Assembly: GCF_006345805.1 (NCBI RefSeq)
Contig: NW_021832134.1
Coordinates: 1-64,000, forward strand
DNA length: 64,000 bases
Source: Octopus sinensis
Taxonomy: Eukaryota
Direction of reading: 5' to 3'
A program made the translations under genes and the position numbers. Numbering within the stretch: the first letter of the stretch is position 1; every line of letters begins with the position of its first letter. Of this stretch, positions 39,270 to 53,204 are shown piece by piece. The notes beneath the pieces were generated by a model that did no database searches, had not been told where the DNA came from, and saw nothing but the letters and a program-made list of their open reading frames with translations.

Positions 39270-40260
39270 AGAGAGCGACAGAGAGAGAGAGAGAGAGGAG
39301 AGCTAGACAGTGAGAGAGAAAAGAGAAAGAGAAAGAGAGAGAGAGAGAGAGAGAGCTAGACAGTGAGAGTGAAAAGAGAAAGAGAAAGAGAAAGAGAGAG
39401 AGAGAGAGGGAGAGAGAGGGAAAGAGGGAGAGAGATGGAATCATAGGCGCATGGGTTAACAAGACAAAGAAATAGGAGGAAGAGAGAGAGAGAGAGAGAA
39501 AGACAGACAAACAGACAGAGAGAAAGAGAGAGTTTGTGTGTGTGTGTGTGTGAGAGAGAGAAGAGAGGAGAGAGAGAGAGAGGACAGACAGAGAGAAAGA
39601 GAGAGTCTGTGTGTGTGTGCGTGTGTGAGAGAGAGATGGAGAGAGAGAGAGAGAAAGACACAGTGTGTGTGTAAGAGAGAGAGAGGGAGGGTGAGCAGAA
39701 ATGACTGAGAAATATAGAAATATAATTTTAGAGATTAAAAAGTGAAAGTGAAAGAAGAGAGAGAAAGAGAGAGAGAGAGAGAGGAGCAAGAGAGAGAGCG
39801 AGAGAGAGAGCGTTGGGAATATAGCTGATGTCCAAAGAGAAAGGAAAAGAGAGGGAGACAGAGAGAAAGCGAGAGAGAAAGTGACAATGAGAAAAGTAAG
39901 GGAAAGAAAGAAAGAAAGGGAGAGAGAGAGAGAGAGCGTTAGGAATATTTGATATTAAAAGAGGAAGGAATAGAGAAGGAGACAGAGAGAAAGCGAGAAA
40001 GTGACAATGAGAGAGGAAAAAAAGTAAGGGAAAGAAAGAGAGAGAAAGGAGAGGAAGAGAAAATGTGATACAGAAATATTGAAATAAAATTTTAGAGAGA
40101 GATAAAAAATAGAAAGTAAGAGAAAGAGAGGGTGAGAGAGAAAGAGAGAGGAAGAGAGAATGAAAGAGCGTTGGTAATGTATAATAGAGCAAGAAATAGA
40201 GAGGGAGATAGAGAGAAAAAGGAAGAGAGAAAAAGAGGAGAGAGAAAGAGACAATGTGAA

Positions 40261-40315
<55 letters not shown>

Positions 40316-40330
40316 GAAGTGGTAGAGAAA
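39270..40330. repeat. GA-rich tract with higher-order repeat units
   Basis: GAGCGTT(G/A)G(G/T)AAT...GACAGAGAGAAAGCGAG...GTGACAATGAG unit near 39806, 39933 and (partly) 40165. Confidence 0.85.
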
Positions 40331-40743
40331 TACTAATGAATAATTTTAGGGGGAGACAGAAGGCAGTGTATAACACATAACGAGTGAAAGACTTGATGGA
40401 TTGGAAGCAAAATAAAGCTGCCGAGATGTGAAGATGCAAAGAATGAATGAAAGAAAACTTGTAAGAGATTGCATAACAGATAATTACGCATCAAACTGCT
40501 AAATTAAAATTATATTCTTAGAAGACGTTGACAGCAGACATTTAGCTAATTTGAGAAGAGAATGAAGGTGTAAATAAGACAATGATGTTGGAAATAGCGA
40601 AATAGCGAGGATCTTTTAGCGTAGGAAGAACGTCAGCTCGACCTAAAAGACAGCGATAACCCGTTATTTTGTCCTTATCGCTATAGCTTTAAATAGACAG
40701 ATTCTAGTATTGAAAATAGTAATTTTGGACGAAAAAAATGTAG

Positions 40744-40785
<42 letters not shown>

Positions 40786-41259
40786 ATGCGATAAAAGATT
40801 AAGACAATTATTATTCTGTGAGAAATCGAAGTAGTACTCCATTCGTAAATTATTGATTTTGATTTTCGGGGAAGGAAGCAGTCAATTATATCGATCACGC
40901 TATTTGATTGGTACTTATTGTAGCCCCCCGAGGAAGCCTAGACACTAGCATTCATTTTGGAAGAAATAACAGCAAAATCACTATCAAATAAAACCATGGT
41001 TTCGTACAAAATAGAAATGCATTTGCCAATGTAGCCTCGGGTATTAAAAAACAAAAGCAAAACGGGATTGTCATGGATGGAACGTCTGTGAATGCTTGGT
41101 TAAGAGTAACACACCTAAATTATAGTTAATTCATATTTTATTCACCCGAAAAGATGAAGAGCAAAATTTATGTTGTTGAGATTTGAACGCGAGATTTAAA
41201 AAAACGTTATACGCCCCACTTTAGATTCTGTTTAGCAACCACCCTGTTCTAACTATAAG

Positions 41260-41435
41260 TTGATTTCAAATTTTGGCACAGGGACAGTAATTTCGGGTAG
41301 TAGGTATTTTATCGATTCTGTAATGATGAAAGACACAGTCGACCGGGGCAGAATTTGAACTCAGAACGGGAAGACGGCCGAAAAGCCGCAAAGCACTTTG
41401 TCAGCGCGCTAACGATTCCGTCAGCTCGCCGCCTT
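41260..41435 (-). mobile_element. Older SINE B variant
   Basis: GAATTTGAACTCAGAACG ... CAGCTCGCCGCCTT; TTTCAAATTTTGGCACA tail. Confidence 0.75.
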
Positions 41436-41644
41436 CCTGTTATATATTAGCGGAAACGTTATCTGGATGGATCGGTAGAATCGGTAAAAAGGCAGAAAAA
41501 ATAGTCACATCCATTCACATTCTAGGTTCAAACCACGGAGGAGTAGACTGGCCTATCCTCGTTGAAGGGTTAATAAAATAAAGGCTCATCTCCGATACTG
41601 TAATATGAATACAAAGATATGGCAGTTCGAGATTCTCAGCTTAC

Positions 41645-42125
41645 CTTTTATCTTTTACTTGTATTGCTCATTTGAATGCGGCCATACTGGAGCACTGCCT
41701 TGAAGTGATTTAGCAGAACAAATGACCCCGGGACTTACTTTATATTTTATTAAAGTCCAGTAGTTATTCTATCGGCCTCTTTTACCGAACCGCTAAGTTA
41801 CAGAGACATAAACAAACCAACACCGGCTGCCAAGTGGTGATGGGAGACAAACGAAGATATGAACACACACACACACACACACACACACACCATCTTGTTT
41901 AGATAAGTCCTAACGTTGTAGAGGTAATGGAAATTGTTTTTGGAAAGATATAAACAAAATTTAACATAAGTATGCAGTGTCTCATTTTCAGTGAGACACA
42001 TCATAACAAATTCCCTCACAAGGCTTTGGTCGGCCCGAGGCTATAGTAAAATATACTTGCCCAAGGTGCCATGCAGTTGGACTGGACCCGGAACCATGCG
42101 GTTGGGAAGCAGGCTTCTTACCACA
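41645..42125 (-). mobile_element. SINE family A with an AT-rich internal insert
   Basis: 3' half 41645-41860, head half 42015-42125. Confidence 0.8.
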
Positions 42126-42879
42126 AAGAGAAAATGTGTATTATCAGTGGGAAGGATATAGGTTGTTCAATTCATGAGACGCGGGAAGATATAACAGGCG
42201 TGTAAGTTTGATTCACAAATCTTGAGTATAATTATTTTAATTAACCAAAAATGTTGGAGAGATACCAATGTCAAATGTACAAGGAAGAAGCCTCAGAGTT
42301 GGACACTATCAAGTCTGATAATGTATTTTGATTGAGGCATGAATGAATCCTGTAAATTTGAAATCCGTTCCGTATTTCAAATTGCAACGCTTCATTCTAA
42401 TATTAATGTTCTTTGAAATTTGAAACGTTATTTATAGTAGGAGAGCTTCGATTGCAGCCCTTAGCGATGCCCATGAAAAACTTATGGAGGCATGTTATCA
42501 CAGGTTTGCAAATATCCTGACTTTAAATGAAATCTCTCTTCTACATTTGTTTTCTCAGCTATCTTGTATTAGATGATAAACATTTTTTGAATATATTACC
42601 AACAATAATTTAAAGAGAAATGAAGCGAATAGTTAAAAAGAATAATTTAAATAAAAGCAACTGCGTTTTTATATCTTTGTGGGTGCCATGCAGAACAACA
42701 GAAGATGTTTAAATCTTTTCTTTTGTTGGTAGTCCTGGCGGCTTATTGAGCATCTGAAGGTGTGTTTAGATCATGGTAAATCTAGGTTTTAACTGCATTG
42801 TTGAAACAAAAGTGGTTCTGCAGCTCATTCACCTCCCCATATTCTGATTCCTATTGACAGGAATTATGTTTGTTGTACT

Positions 42880-43800
42880 GACGCTAAGACCAAACCAACA
42901 AAAGAAAAAAAAACAAAAAAAATCATTCGAGACTGCTTTTATCTGTTCGGATGAAGCACCACAAATGTCGAGGTCTGTATATGAATTTGTTGATCTCACA
43001 TCTCGTGATCTTTTTTTAAAAATGATTTATTGTTTAGTGACAATATCATGATGTTTCTATGCGATTTTCAACAAAGATTTCTGTTTTGAAAGGAAATTGT
43101 GAGAGTTGCTATTGTATGTGAATACAGTTAGGACCAATTCGCCATTTTGGAAGACCGAGAAGAAAGAAATTTACCATAAATATGCGACTACAAAATCAGG
43201 AGGGCTGATTTTCTGCTTCTCGTTATGAAATAAAAGGGTCAATTGAATTCCTATGCCAATACTAAGCATTCATATGAAACTAAGTTTGTATTGAATGAAC
43301 GTAAAATTATAAACGAAGCTTTCGGCTGGTCATTGGATTTTACAAACTTTACAGAACAAGTAAAAGCATCCTTTACTAATGTGGTTGATTCTACAAATGT
43401 GGAAATTATTAGCATAGCTGATTGGTGCAAACATGCACTTCAGTAAAATCAGGCAATGAAAAACAGTCTGTAAAAAAATATACAATAGAATTTCTAAGCA
43501 ACTGTAACAAAGGTGGAGTGACCTTCTAGTTTGACCTTGTGAAAGACATGTGCTGTAATGTTATAAAGAAATTTAAACAAGGATAAAAGGATTTGTAATG
43601 GAATATAGATTCCAATGACCTATATTAATGAACGCATGATTCAAGACAACTTCATTAAAGAAAGTGAACATTATGGAAAATATGTTGTTGCGCCAAGTAT
43701 TAAGCTGGAAACTTCTTACACTACTGCCATTCATTTTGACGCGATTACAAATTGCTATTCCTTTCACAATGACAGCCAATAAATCTTAATATCAATCATT
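42880..43800 (+). pseudogene. Possible very old hAT transposase relic
   Basis: FICSDEAPQMSRSVYEFVDL resembles the ICTDGAPxM..GFV motif of Charlie/Buster-type hATs; other motifs only faint. Confidence 0.35.
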
Positions 43801-44501
43801 GAGTACAATAGGTCAGTTCTGACCAATTGATCTATTTGTGTATAGACCATTGTATTCAGCTCTATCAAGAACTAAACTGTCTGCTGCAGGTCTACAGACA
43901 AACGTCGAAAAAAGTTACCAGCCATTGTTACTCTTACGACAGCATTTCCAATTTACTTCTTTACTTATGTATCATTCGGACACTTAATTCAGTTATATTC
44001 ATGGGTGAATCTCTCTCTCACCCCCTCTCTCTCAACGCCTTCCTCTCTCTTCTCTCTCTCTCTCCTCTAAGCTATGATATATATATATATAGATACTATA
44101 TATATATATTATATATATATATATATTATACATAGATACCAACACACTCACACACACATATACGCGCGCACACACACGGATTATATATGTATGTATATCT
44201 ATCTATCTATCTATCTATCTGTATGTACATATATACATGAATCGTTATATATATATTATATATATGTAATATATATATATATATAGATATATATATATAT
44301 ATTATGTGAAATAGAAAGATGAATAATCTTGTAGTAGATTAATCAAAAGTTTAACCGATACCTTAGTAGCAAAAATCACAGCAGTAAACAGCACGGTTGG
44401 AGGTACAACCATCTGGCGTTGAAACGTGCGTTGGTGCGGATAATGAAATTAAAACATTATTGGTGAATTCTCGGTCACAAAGAACATCTATACACCCTCA
44501 C

Positions 44502-44659
44502 CCACATGATGACCGATGCCTGACCCGTGATTCTTCAGCCACCGGTCTCAAACATACATGATAAACAGTTTCGCCATGGGCTCTTAGGAGCACAGTTCGA
44601 TTTGTTTTTTGCTCCGCTTCTGTTCTGTTTTTGTTTTTCCAACGGATTCCTTTTTCTTC
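44502..44659 (-). CDS. Candidate internal exon (158 nt), product unknown
   Basis: Acceptor TTGTGTCTTTCTCTTCAG, donor GG|GTGAGG, one frame open (EEKGIRWKNKNR...RHRSSC); unique sequence between (TA)n arrays. Confidence 0.3.
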
Positions 44660-44804
44660 CTGAAGAGAAAGACACAATATGGTCCCATTATTCAATCGGA
44701 TTTTGGTAATGTTGCCTTTCGAAACACGTGTAGAATGAAATAAAACGATTTCTGTTCAAGCTGCGTTCAGCTCCATTTCTTCAATTCACCAATATGTTTT
44801 ATAT

Positions 44805-44862
<58 letters not shown>

Positions 44863-44916
44863 TTATATACATATATATATAGATATATATATATATATAT
44901 ATATAATATATATATC

Positions 44917-44960
<44 letters not shown>

Positions 44961-45812
44961 TTCTTTGATCTTATTTATTTTTATCCTACTTTATTTTTTT
45001 AATCATCGTATAAATTTATTATCAATAACAACAACTGCTGCATAGCAACAGTTTCAACTACAAGTGATAGGAAACTGTCGTATAAGCTGAAGGCACGAGT
45101 GTTCGCTTCTTACAAGGAGGAAAAATAAAAAAATGAAAAAATAAAAGGGCAAATTAAAAATGTTTGTTGCCCCAGGTCTAATTAGATCGAGCAAAGCTAT
45201 GACCAAATACTTCCACCCGTGATCAGACCGTGTTTTCTGAGCTGGAAGGTATGATGTGAAAGAAATTTAATTATTATTTCGACAATTTAGAAATAACACC
45301 TGAATCTCCCTCAAATTTTATATTACTATTGGAAGTATTGGATATATATTGTATCCTTGATTTAATATGCTTAATATAATACATCTCGGTCTATCTCATC
45401 TCATGTCTCTTTCCATCTTAATGATAATGAGGTGTGATTTCTCAGAAAATTTAGCACTTGTTTCCAGCAAACTAAACAATTGGTCTGTAGGCTCGTCAGA
45501 TACCAGTTGTATAAAATGTGTTGAGTCAATCAACTTATAAAGTTTCACAACAAAACATGTTGCCTCGGAGAAGATGTATGAAAAATTGTTTATCATAATA
45601 TGTAGAAGAATGTGTTAACGTAAAAAAACTATAGCTAGAGCTACTAAATATTTTGTCATGATTTCAGTGTGTGTAGGACGATTATCAATTGTATTATTGC
45701 TTCTATTTCCCATATATGTTATTATCTAATGCTACAGATGAATAGGAAAAAAAGACAGGTGAAGGAACAACAGACAGGTAGTTTAGTTTGACACTCGCGA
45801 ATAATGAAAAAG

Positions 45813-45848
45813 TATTTGACGTTTCGAGCCTATGCTCTTCGACAGAAA
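45813..45848 (-). ncRNA. Minimal type-I hammerhead-like motif in a dispersed repeat (45745-45885)
   Basis: Minus: TTT-CTGTCGA-A-GAGC-ATAG-GCTC-GAAA-CGTC-AAA; GUC site, palindromic ACGT stem III, A6 replaced by U. Confidence 0.45.
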
Positions 45849-45964
45849 GGGTGAGGGAGAAAAAGGAGAAAGAGAGAAAAATGTGTCGGGATAAACGGTT
45901 TAGTATGATGTGTGTGTATATTATATATATATATATATAATATATATATATAATATATTACTAT

Positions 45965-46174
45965 ATATCTTTTTTACTCTTTTATTGTTTCAGTGATTTG
46001 ACTGCGGCCATGCTGAAGCACCGCCTTTAGTCGAGCAAATCGACCCCAGGACTTATTATTTGTAAGCCTAGTACTTATTCTATCGGTCTCTCGTGCCGAA
46101 CCGTTAAGTTACGGGAACGTAAGCACGCCACTGTCAGTTGTGAAGCGATGTTGTGGAGGACAAACACAGACACA

Positions 46175-46223
<49 letters not shown>

Positions 46224-46500
46224 ACAAATATTATATATGTGCTTCAGCATGGTAGCAGCTCTGAGCTGAAACTAAAAAAAAGAATAAAATATGTCAGTTG
46301 TCAAGCGATGATGTGGGGACAAACACAGACCTCCCCCCACATATATTATATGACGGACTTCTTTCAGTTTCCGTCTACCAAATCCACTCACAAGGCTTTG
46401 GTCGGCCCGAGGCTATAGTAGAAGACACATGGCCAAGGTGCCACACAGTGGGACTGAACCCGGAACCATGTGGTTGGTAAGCAATCTACTTACCACACAC
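45965..46500 (-). mobile_element. SINE A with an internal duplication and an opposite-strand A tail
   Basis: GTCAGTTGT(G/C)AAGCGATG...GGACAAACACAGAC at about 46133 and 46294; plus-strand tail-like GTGCTTCAGCATGG...CTGAAAC at about 46240-46290. Confidence 0.8.
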
Positions 46501-47103
46501 CCAAGAACCTCTACATGTTTTCTGAGCCATTTCTAGTTACCAAATTTTAGTAGCAAGTTCCCTCCGAATCAATGTGTAGTACCGCCATACCGAAACCGTT
46601 ACGGCATGGGTAATTGAAAAGAGAATTTCTTAAGCGTTTGGTCATGCCTTGTGATGTTATAAGAAAATATTATTACAGTTACTAAACATCATGTCACCAT
46701 TTCACACTTGTTATCATTTCCCATCATTATTTCACTTACATGTCAATATACTTTCTAATCTGTACATCAATGTGACTTTGTCGCAGTCTGCCATCTTGCT
46801 TGATTTGCATGCAAGCGTTATTAATGATCTCCCTTGTTCAAATCAAGGTTGGTTGAATATTTTTAATTAAACCGTACGCTCATTTGAACATGGGAATACA
46901 GTATATAGGAAATCTATAATCCATATACATTAATTGCTATTTAATCAGTCTTAAACTATAATGATTCTGCTAGCTTTTCAGACGATATCTGTGATTAAAT
47001 GAAATTGGTTTTGTCTAGCGATTGTAAGTGGCTGCCTTAACCTTCTGTGGTTTATATTCCGGCTAAGTAATTTTAGAATTGTCAAACTACAGAAACAGAA
47101 AAT

Positions 47104-47260
47104 ATGTGGAGGTATGACTATGTAATCAAGGTGTTCGCTTCACCAGTCATATGGATATGGTTTCGATTTCACTGCACGGTGTCTCAGGCAGTGTCATCTA
47201 ATACATCCTTGGTTCTATCCAAACCTTTTAAGTAAAGCCGAAGGAATGGAAACTCTATGG
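47104..47260 (+). mobile_element. Very old SINE A 5' half
   Basis: GGTTTCGATTTCACTGCACGGTGTCTCAGGCAGTGTC. Confidence 0.45.
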
Positions 47261-48109
47261 AAGTATATTAGATGGACTGTACCTGTCCATGGGTGGTATA
47301 CATTTTCCGTCGCCAGTGTTAATACCTATCCACATAATATTGGCTTGTCAGCGGAATTTACGCATTTTCTATTTAATTTAATGCTTTCCGATGTTATTTG
47401 AATTAACATGAAAAATACATTTTAATCAAAGTGTTATACGTTTTTTGAAGCCCTATTCTTCCTCTACAACTTTTCGTTTATTGTTATCGAAATTTGAATA
47501 AATTCTATCCCTTTTCTGACATATGCCAATATTTAACAAAAACAAAAGAATTAATTCTAGACGTGTCTACACTGTCGTAGTTTGAGAATTAACCATGACA
47601 TTTCTCCATTTCATCACAAGACTGTTTAAAGGGTCATGGGAACAATCCGTAGTTCGTATAATATTTAAGTTTTAAATTCAGGTCTGGAGTTTTGAAAATA
47701 TTGTCGAATTTCGTTCATATATTTTATCCTAAAATTTCTACAAGTTGAACCTTAGAAAAGTCTTACATATTTTAGCTGTTCCGCTTACAGATTGCACACG
47801 CATTAGTCATCTTTTCCCTTCGTCTTAAAATACTAACTTTTCCCAATTGTCACTTAAACTCAACCATGTGTTCCAATATTTGTTGGTACAATTGTGAATT
47901 TTAATCAGAAGAGAAAAGGTGCAGATTTCGAAGCAGTTGTACATCAAATTTTCTTCTTGCCCTTTTTAGAATGAGCCTTTGTGACTGTACATGACTTTTC
48001 TTTTCTATTCCAAATACCTATATCAGACGTGTTGTGTTTCTATGTATGTATGTATGTATGTATGTATGTATGTATGTATGTATGTATGTATGTATGTATG
48101 CATGTGAGT

Positions 48110-48492
48110 GGAGGCGCAATGACCCAGTGGTTAGGGCAGCGGACTCGCGGTCATAGGATCGCGGTTTCGATTCCCAGACCGGGCATTGTGAGTGTTTATT
48201 GAGCGAAAACACTAAAGCTCCACGAGGCTCCGGCAGGGGATGGTGGTGATCCCATGCTGTACTCTTTCACCACAACTTTCTCTCACTCTTACTTCCTGTT
48301 TCTGTTGTACCTGTATTTCAAAGGGCCGGCCTTGTCACTCTCTGTGTCACGCTGAATATCCCCGAGAACTACGTTAAGGGTACACGTGTCTGTAGAGTGC
48401 TCAGCCATTTACACGTTAATTTCACGAGCAGGCTGTTCCGTTGATTCGGATCAGCCGGAATCCTCGTCGTCGTAACCGACGGAGTGCTTCCA
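48110..48492 (+). mobile_element. SINE family C, tail type 3, inside (TATG)n
   Basis: Same head and body as 8941; tail ...CCTCGTCGTCGTAACCGACGGAGTGCTTCCA; (TATG)n on both sides. Confidence 0.9.
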
Positions 48493-48779
48493 AAATGTAT
48501 GTATGTATGTATGTATGTATGTATGTATGTATGTATGTATGTATGTATGTATGTATGTATGTATGTATGTATGTATGGTCGTGTGTTTGGTCTCTTTCTC
48601 TTTTTAATTTAGAGTTAATTTAGAGTTGCAAGGTTGTGAAGGATGGCTTGGGTGCAATAGATCTGAATGAATCAACATACGCGGAAAAACTGAAGATTTT
48701 CAGCATCATTTTAAACAAGTTCATTAAAAAAAAACCAGTGAATTTATATAGTTATATTTATTTAAAGTAATAATTCTTT

Positions 48780-48985
48780 TTAAATTTGGCACAAAACCAT
48801 TAATTTTAAGGGAAGGTGTAAGTCGATTACATATGTGTTCAACTGGTACTTTTTTTTATCGACACTAGAGGGATGAAAGGCAAAGCCTACCTCGGCGAAA
48901 TTTGAACTTAGAACATTAAGAGCCGGGAGAAATGCTGCTATCTATTGTGTCTGATGAGCTAATGATTCTATTAACTCACCGCCTT
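48780..48985 (-). mobile_element. Older SINE B variant
   Basis: GGATGAAAGGCAAAGCCTACCTCGGCGAAATTTGAACTTAGAAC. Confidence 0.7.
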
Positions 48986-50130
48986 GTATTAGATAACAAT
49001 AAACGCGGGCAGAGCTGGGTACTGTTACTAGGGCTCACTATTTAATCATTTATTAATGATTGTAGCGTATGATTTGTGGGGCGAGACCTGTCTCCTTGCA
49101 AACTGGACAGCTGTTGTTTCTTTTCTGTGTTTTCTTTTATTTGATGCTATATCTGTATATTTGAAGAGCAGTTGTGCAGTCCTTTTAAATAAACTTGCCC
49201 ACGAATAAGATGAAAACGGCAGGGTGATAAATTAAACGGGAATTCATTCGCGAGATTGGTCTTGCTTATTAAGATAGAAAGCAAGGTTTGGCCTGGATTT
49301 TTCAGGGTATCGATTCAACAAGAATTGATCCATGAAAGATAGGCTGAAAAATTCTTAGAAGGATGAAAAATATGTTTTTTGAAAAGTTTTTTAGAAAGAA
49401 TACGGAGAGTAGATTATGTCCTTAGTTTTTGATGTACTGTCTCGCGATTTGTTTCGTTAATTGTATCGTATCTTCGTGCATAAAGTGATTGAGCAGTCTG
49501 TTGAGGAGGCACAAGCACACACACACACAACACACACACACACACACACACACATACACACACACACACACACACACATACACACACACACACACACAAC
49601 GCAAACCCACTCACTCATTCAAACACGCACGTATACATGCATATATACGTTATTAATCTTGTTCCTGGTATATAGAACTCGAATATAATTTTTAACATCT
49701 TATGTAAAAAAAAAAAATAAAAAGATCTGCTGTAATTAGTATAATACTTTCTTCTATCCTGTTAAGTTTTGTCACATGATGTATTAATATAAATGCACTT
49801 GGTAACATAGGAGATAATTTTTCTTAGTGTTTTGATGTAATATTAAATCGAATCTTGATTGGTTCTGTGAGCAACTCTGCTATTCAGTGCATCACGATAT
49901 CTCGATGATATTGTCTCTTTGTATAAGATCGTACAACATAATTACACCACCTGCTATACGTATTTCAGATTTACTTTCTACTTACATTCTCCCTCCCCCT
50001 ACTTTTTTCTTAAAAGTATAGCTAACTCTATGAATCATTCTAATTTTTAATATCATTATTTTATAACTACCATTATTATCTTTTACTAACAAGATCTACA
50101 TTATTTTCCGCATTCCTCTACCGATAGGAA

Positions 50131-50218
<88 letters not shown>

Positions 50219-50219
50219 G

Positions 50220-50253
<34 letters not shown>

Positions 50254-50561
50254 ATGTATATATATATATGTAATTATTAATAAGGGTGAGAGAATTAGAT
50301 ACTAATTTAATAGCATATCTATTCAACACCAAGTGGCCCAGTGCCTCGAGAAACCTGGATTATTATAATATTTTATAATATATTATAATGTTTTATACAA
50401 AAATAAATATAAGAGAATGGTCACTATGTGGCTCATTCTAGCACTAGAAAATCCAAAAGGTTTCAACCACAAAAATACATGTTTCCTATGAAAGTCAGTA
50501 CGATTGTTAGCTCACACGAACAGGGCAGATAAAAAATAACAAAAATACAGATTATTTTGGG

Positions 50562-50618
<57 letters not shown>

Positions 50619-50661
50619 GTAATATATATATATTATATATATATATATGTATATATATATG

Positions 50662-50693
<32 letters not shown>

Positions 50694-50705
50694 TGTATAT
50701 ATATG

Positions 50706-50763
<58 letters not shown>

Positions 50764-50849
50764 CACACGTACACGTATATATGTGTATGTATGCGCATGC
50801 ATGTTTGTATTTATCTGACCATCAATGTACATGTATGTATGTACATTCT

Positions 50850-51250
50850 TTTATTCTTGTATTTATTTCATGACTGCGACCATGCTGGAGCACAACCTTA
50901 AATAGTTTTAGTCGAACAAATAGACTCCACGACTTATTCTTTGTAAGCCGAGTACTTACCCTATCGGTATCTTTTGCTGAACAGCTAAGGTACGGGAAAG
51001 TAAACACACCAACTTCTGTTGTCAAGCGATGGTGGAGGGGCAAACACAGGCGCAAACAAGCAAACACACATACACACACATACACATACACTCACGGGCT
51101 TCTTTCAATTTCCGTCTACCAAATCCACTCACGAGGCTTTGGTCAGCCCGAGGCTATAGTAGAGGACACTTGCCCAAGGTAACAGTAGGCCGGAACTCGG
51201 AACCATGTGACTGGGAAGCAATGTTCTTTCCAACACAACCACGTCTGCAT
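50850..51250 (-). mobile_element. SINE family A
   Basis: Reverse complement of the A consensus. Confidence 0.85.
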
Positions 51251-51351
51251 GCATACATACTATACACACAGACACACACACAAACACACACACATACACG
51301 CACGTATATACGCACACACACATACTGCGATATATGTACAAACAAGTATAT

Positions 51352-51399
<48 letters not shown>

Positions 51400-52131
51400 A
51401 GTATAAATATATATATATATATATGCATATATACATACATATATGTACATACATACATATATATATATATGCATATATGGGTACAGGACGTCACAAAACG
51501 TAAACAACATGAAATACGAAGACAAACTTTTGTATGCGATAAACGAGAGAAACAAATGGAAAACAAGCAACATAAAAAACGACCCTTCATCATTTTTCGG
51601 CTGTCCATCTACTCCTCATTTCGAGCAATTAACGACAATATGAGTATTCGAAAAGGCAGTTGCTCCCGCTAACCAAAATAAAATTTGGAATTTGCGGAGG
51701 GTTTAAGTTGGTAACAAAAACAGGATAATGGAGGCATACAACAAGCCAAACGAAAATGAACATGGAAGGCCGTTAGGCCAGACGAATTAAGGTAGCGAAA
51801 GCTGACGGAATTGAATATTGTCTTTGACAAGAAAATAAACAGAAGAGGAGACAGACAAGAATGCGTCTGGTCTGTAGGATAGACTTCAAAAAAGAAAGAT
51901 GATCACGTGAGGAAAAGAAAGATGGTCGATGGTCACGTGTGAGCAACGAGAGAGAGTAAAAGAAAGAGAGAGAGAGAGAGAGAGAGAGCTAGAAAACGGT
52001 GAAGGGGAGAGAAAAGAGAACTAGAAAAATAATGTGAGAGAAAAACGAAAGGGGAGAAGGGGAGAAAAAAGAATTAGAGAAAGGAAGAGAGAGAAAACGA
52101 AAGGGAGAGAAAGAAAGACAGACAGACGTAC

Positions 52132-52204
<73 letters not shown>

Positions 52205-52741
52205 TAACGGTTGATAGATATGACCTGCGGTGATTCCAAGTATTGAATGGCATTCTTTTATTTCGCTACTTGATTACTTTCTTATGATATCTACTTATGT
52301 TCCTTATAAAGAAAGACACGAGTGAGAAGACTGGGGCAATTTTGATGAAGAAATTTTCTCGATTAGTAACGGCCCCTGATCGGCAATAACGATAAAAACC
52401 AATTATACCAACGCCATCACTACGAAGAACACCAATATCATAAAGCGCTATTTACTTCATTCCATACGCTAGCCAACAGAAGTATCGTTAATCTTTACCT
52501 TTTTACATTGAAATTACAGTTATGTCTGCCACTCACAATTCTTTGGTCTCGTACTATTTCCACAAAAGTACTCCTAACTTATTCGTCGTTCTGTCTCTCA
52601 TCGCCCATGGTGAAACCACTTCACAAGTTTCCTATGTATCATATGTACTGTAAATACATACATACATACATACATACATACATACATACATACATACATA
52701 CATACATACATACATACATACATACATAAATAAATACATAC

Positions 52742-53145
52742 AAAAGGAGAAAACTAATCCGAAGACTACAGATCCAATCTATCACTGGAACTGTAAAAAT
52801 CTGTGAAACATTCCAGAAGTTTATCATTTAAGTATATATGAGCATGTCCAGATATGCAACTGTATGTATGAGAATACATACATAAAACATATAAATCTGC
52901 ACATACATACATACATACATACATACATACATACATACATACATACATACATACATACATACATACATACATACATACATAATACGTACATACATATATA
53001 CATACATACAGATAGACAGACAGACACATACAAATAAACAAAAATACCCTGTTGATGTTGAAATTCTAATGAAGGAGCCTTGGATGTAGGATAGAAACCG
53101 GTTCTTTCTCTATTGGCAATAAATCTTGAAATAAACTGAATAATG
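52742..53145 (+). mobile_element. 5'-truncated 3' end of an RLE retrotransposon inside (TACA)n
   Basis: KRRKLIRRLQIQSITGTVKICETFQKFII*; 3'UTR ends GAATAATG then ACATACAGACA; (CATA)n upstream. Confidence 0.85.
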
Positions 53146-53204
53146 ACATACAGACATGTATGTGTGTGTGTGTGTGTTGTGTGTACATTTACTCATTTTT
53201 TAAA

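Noticed and set aside
48110-48185. tRNA-Arg-like sequence (also 8941, 18626 and the A/B/D heads)
   Set aside because: A and B boxes are present, but there is no complete acceptor stem and each continues into a SINE body
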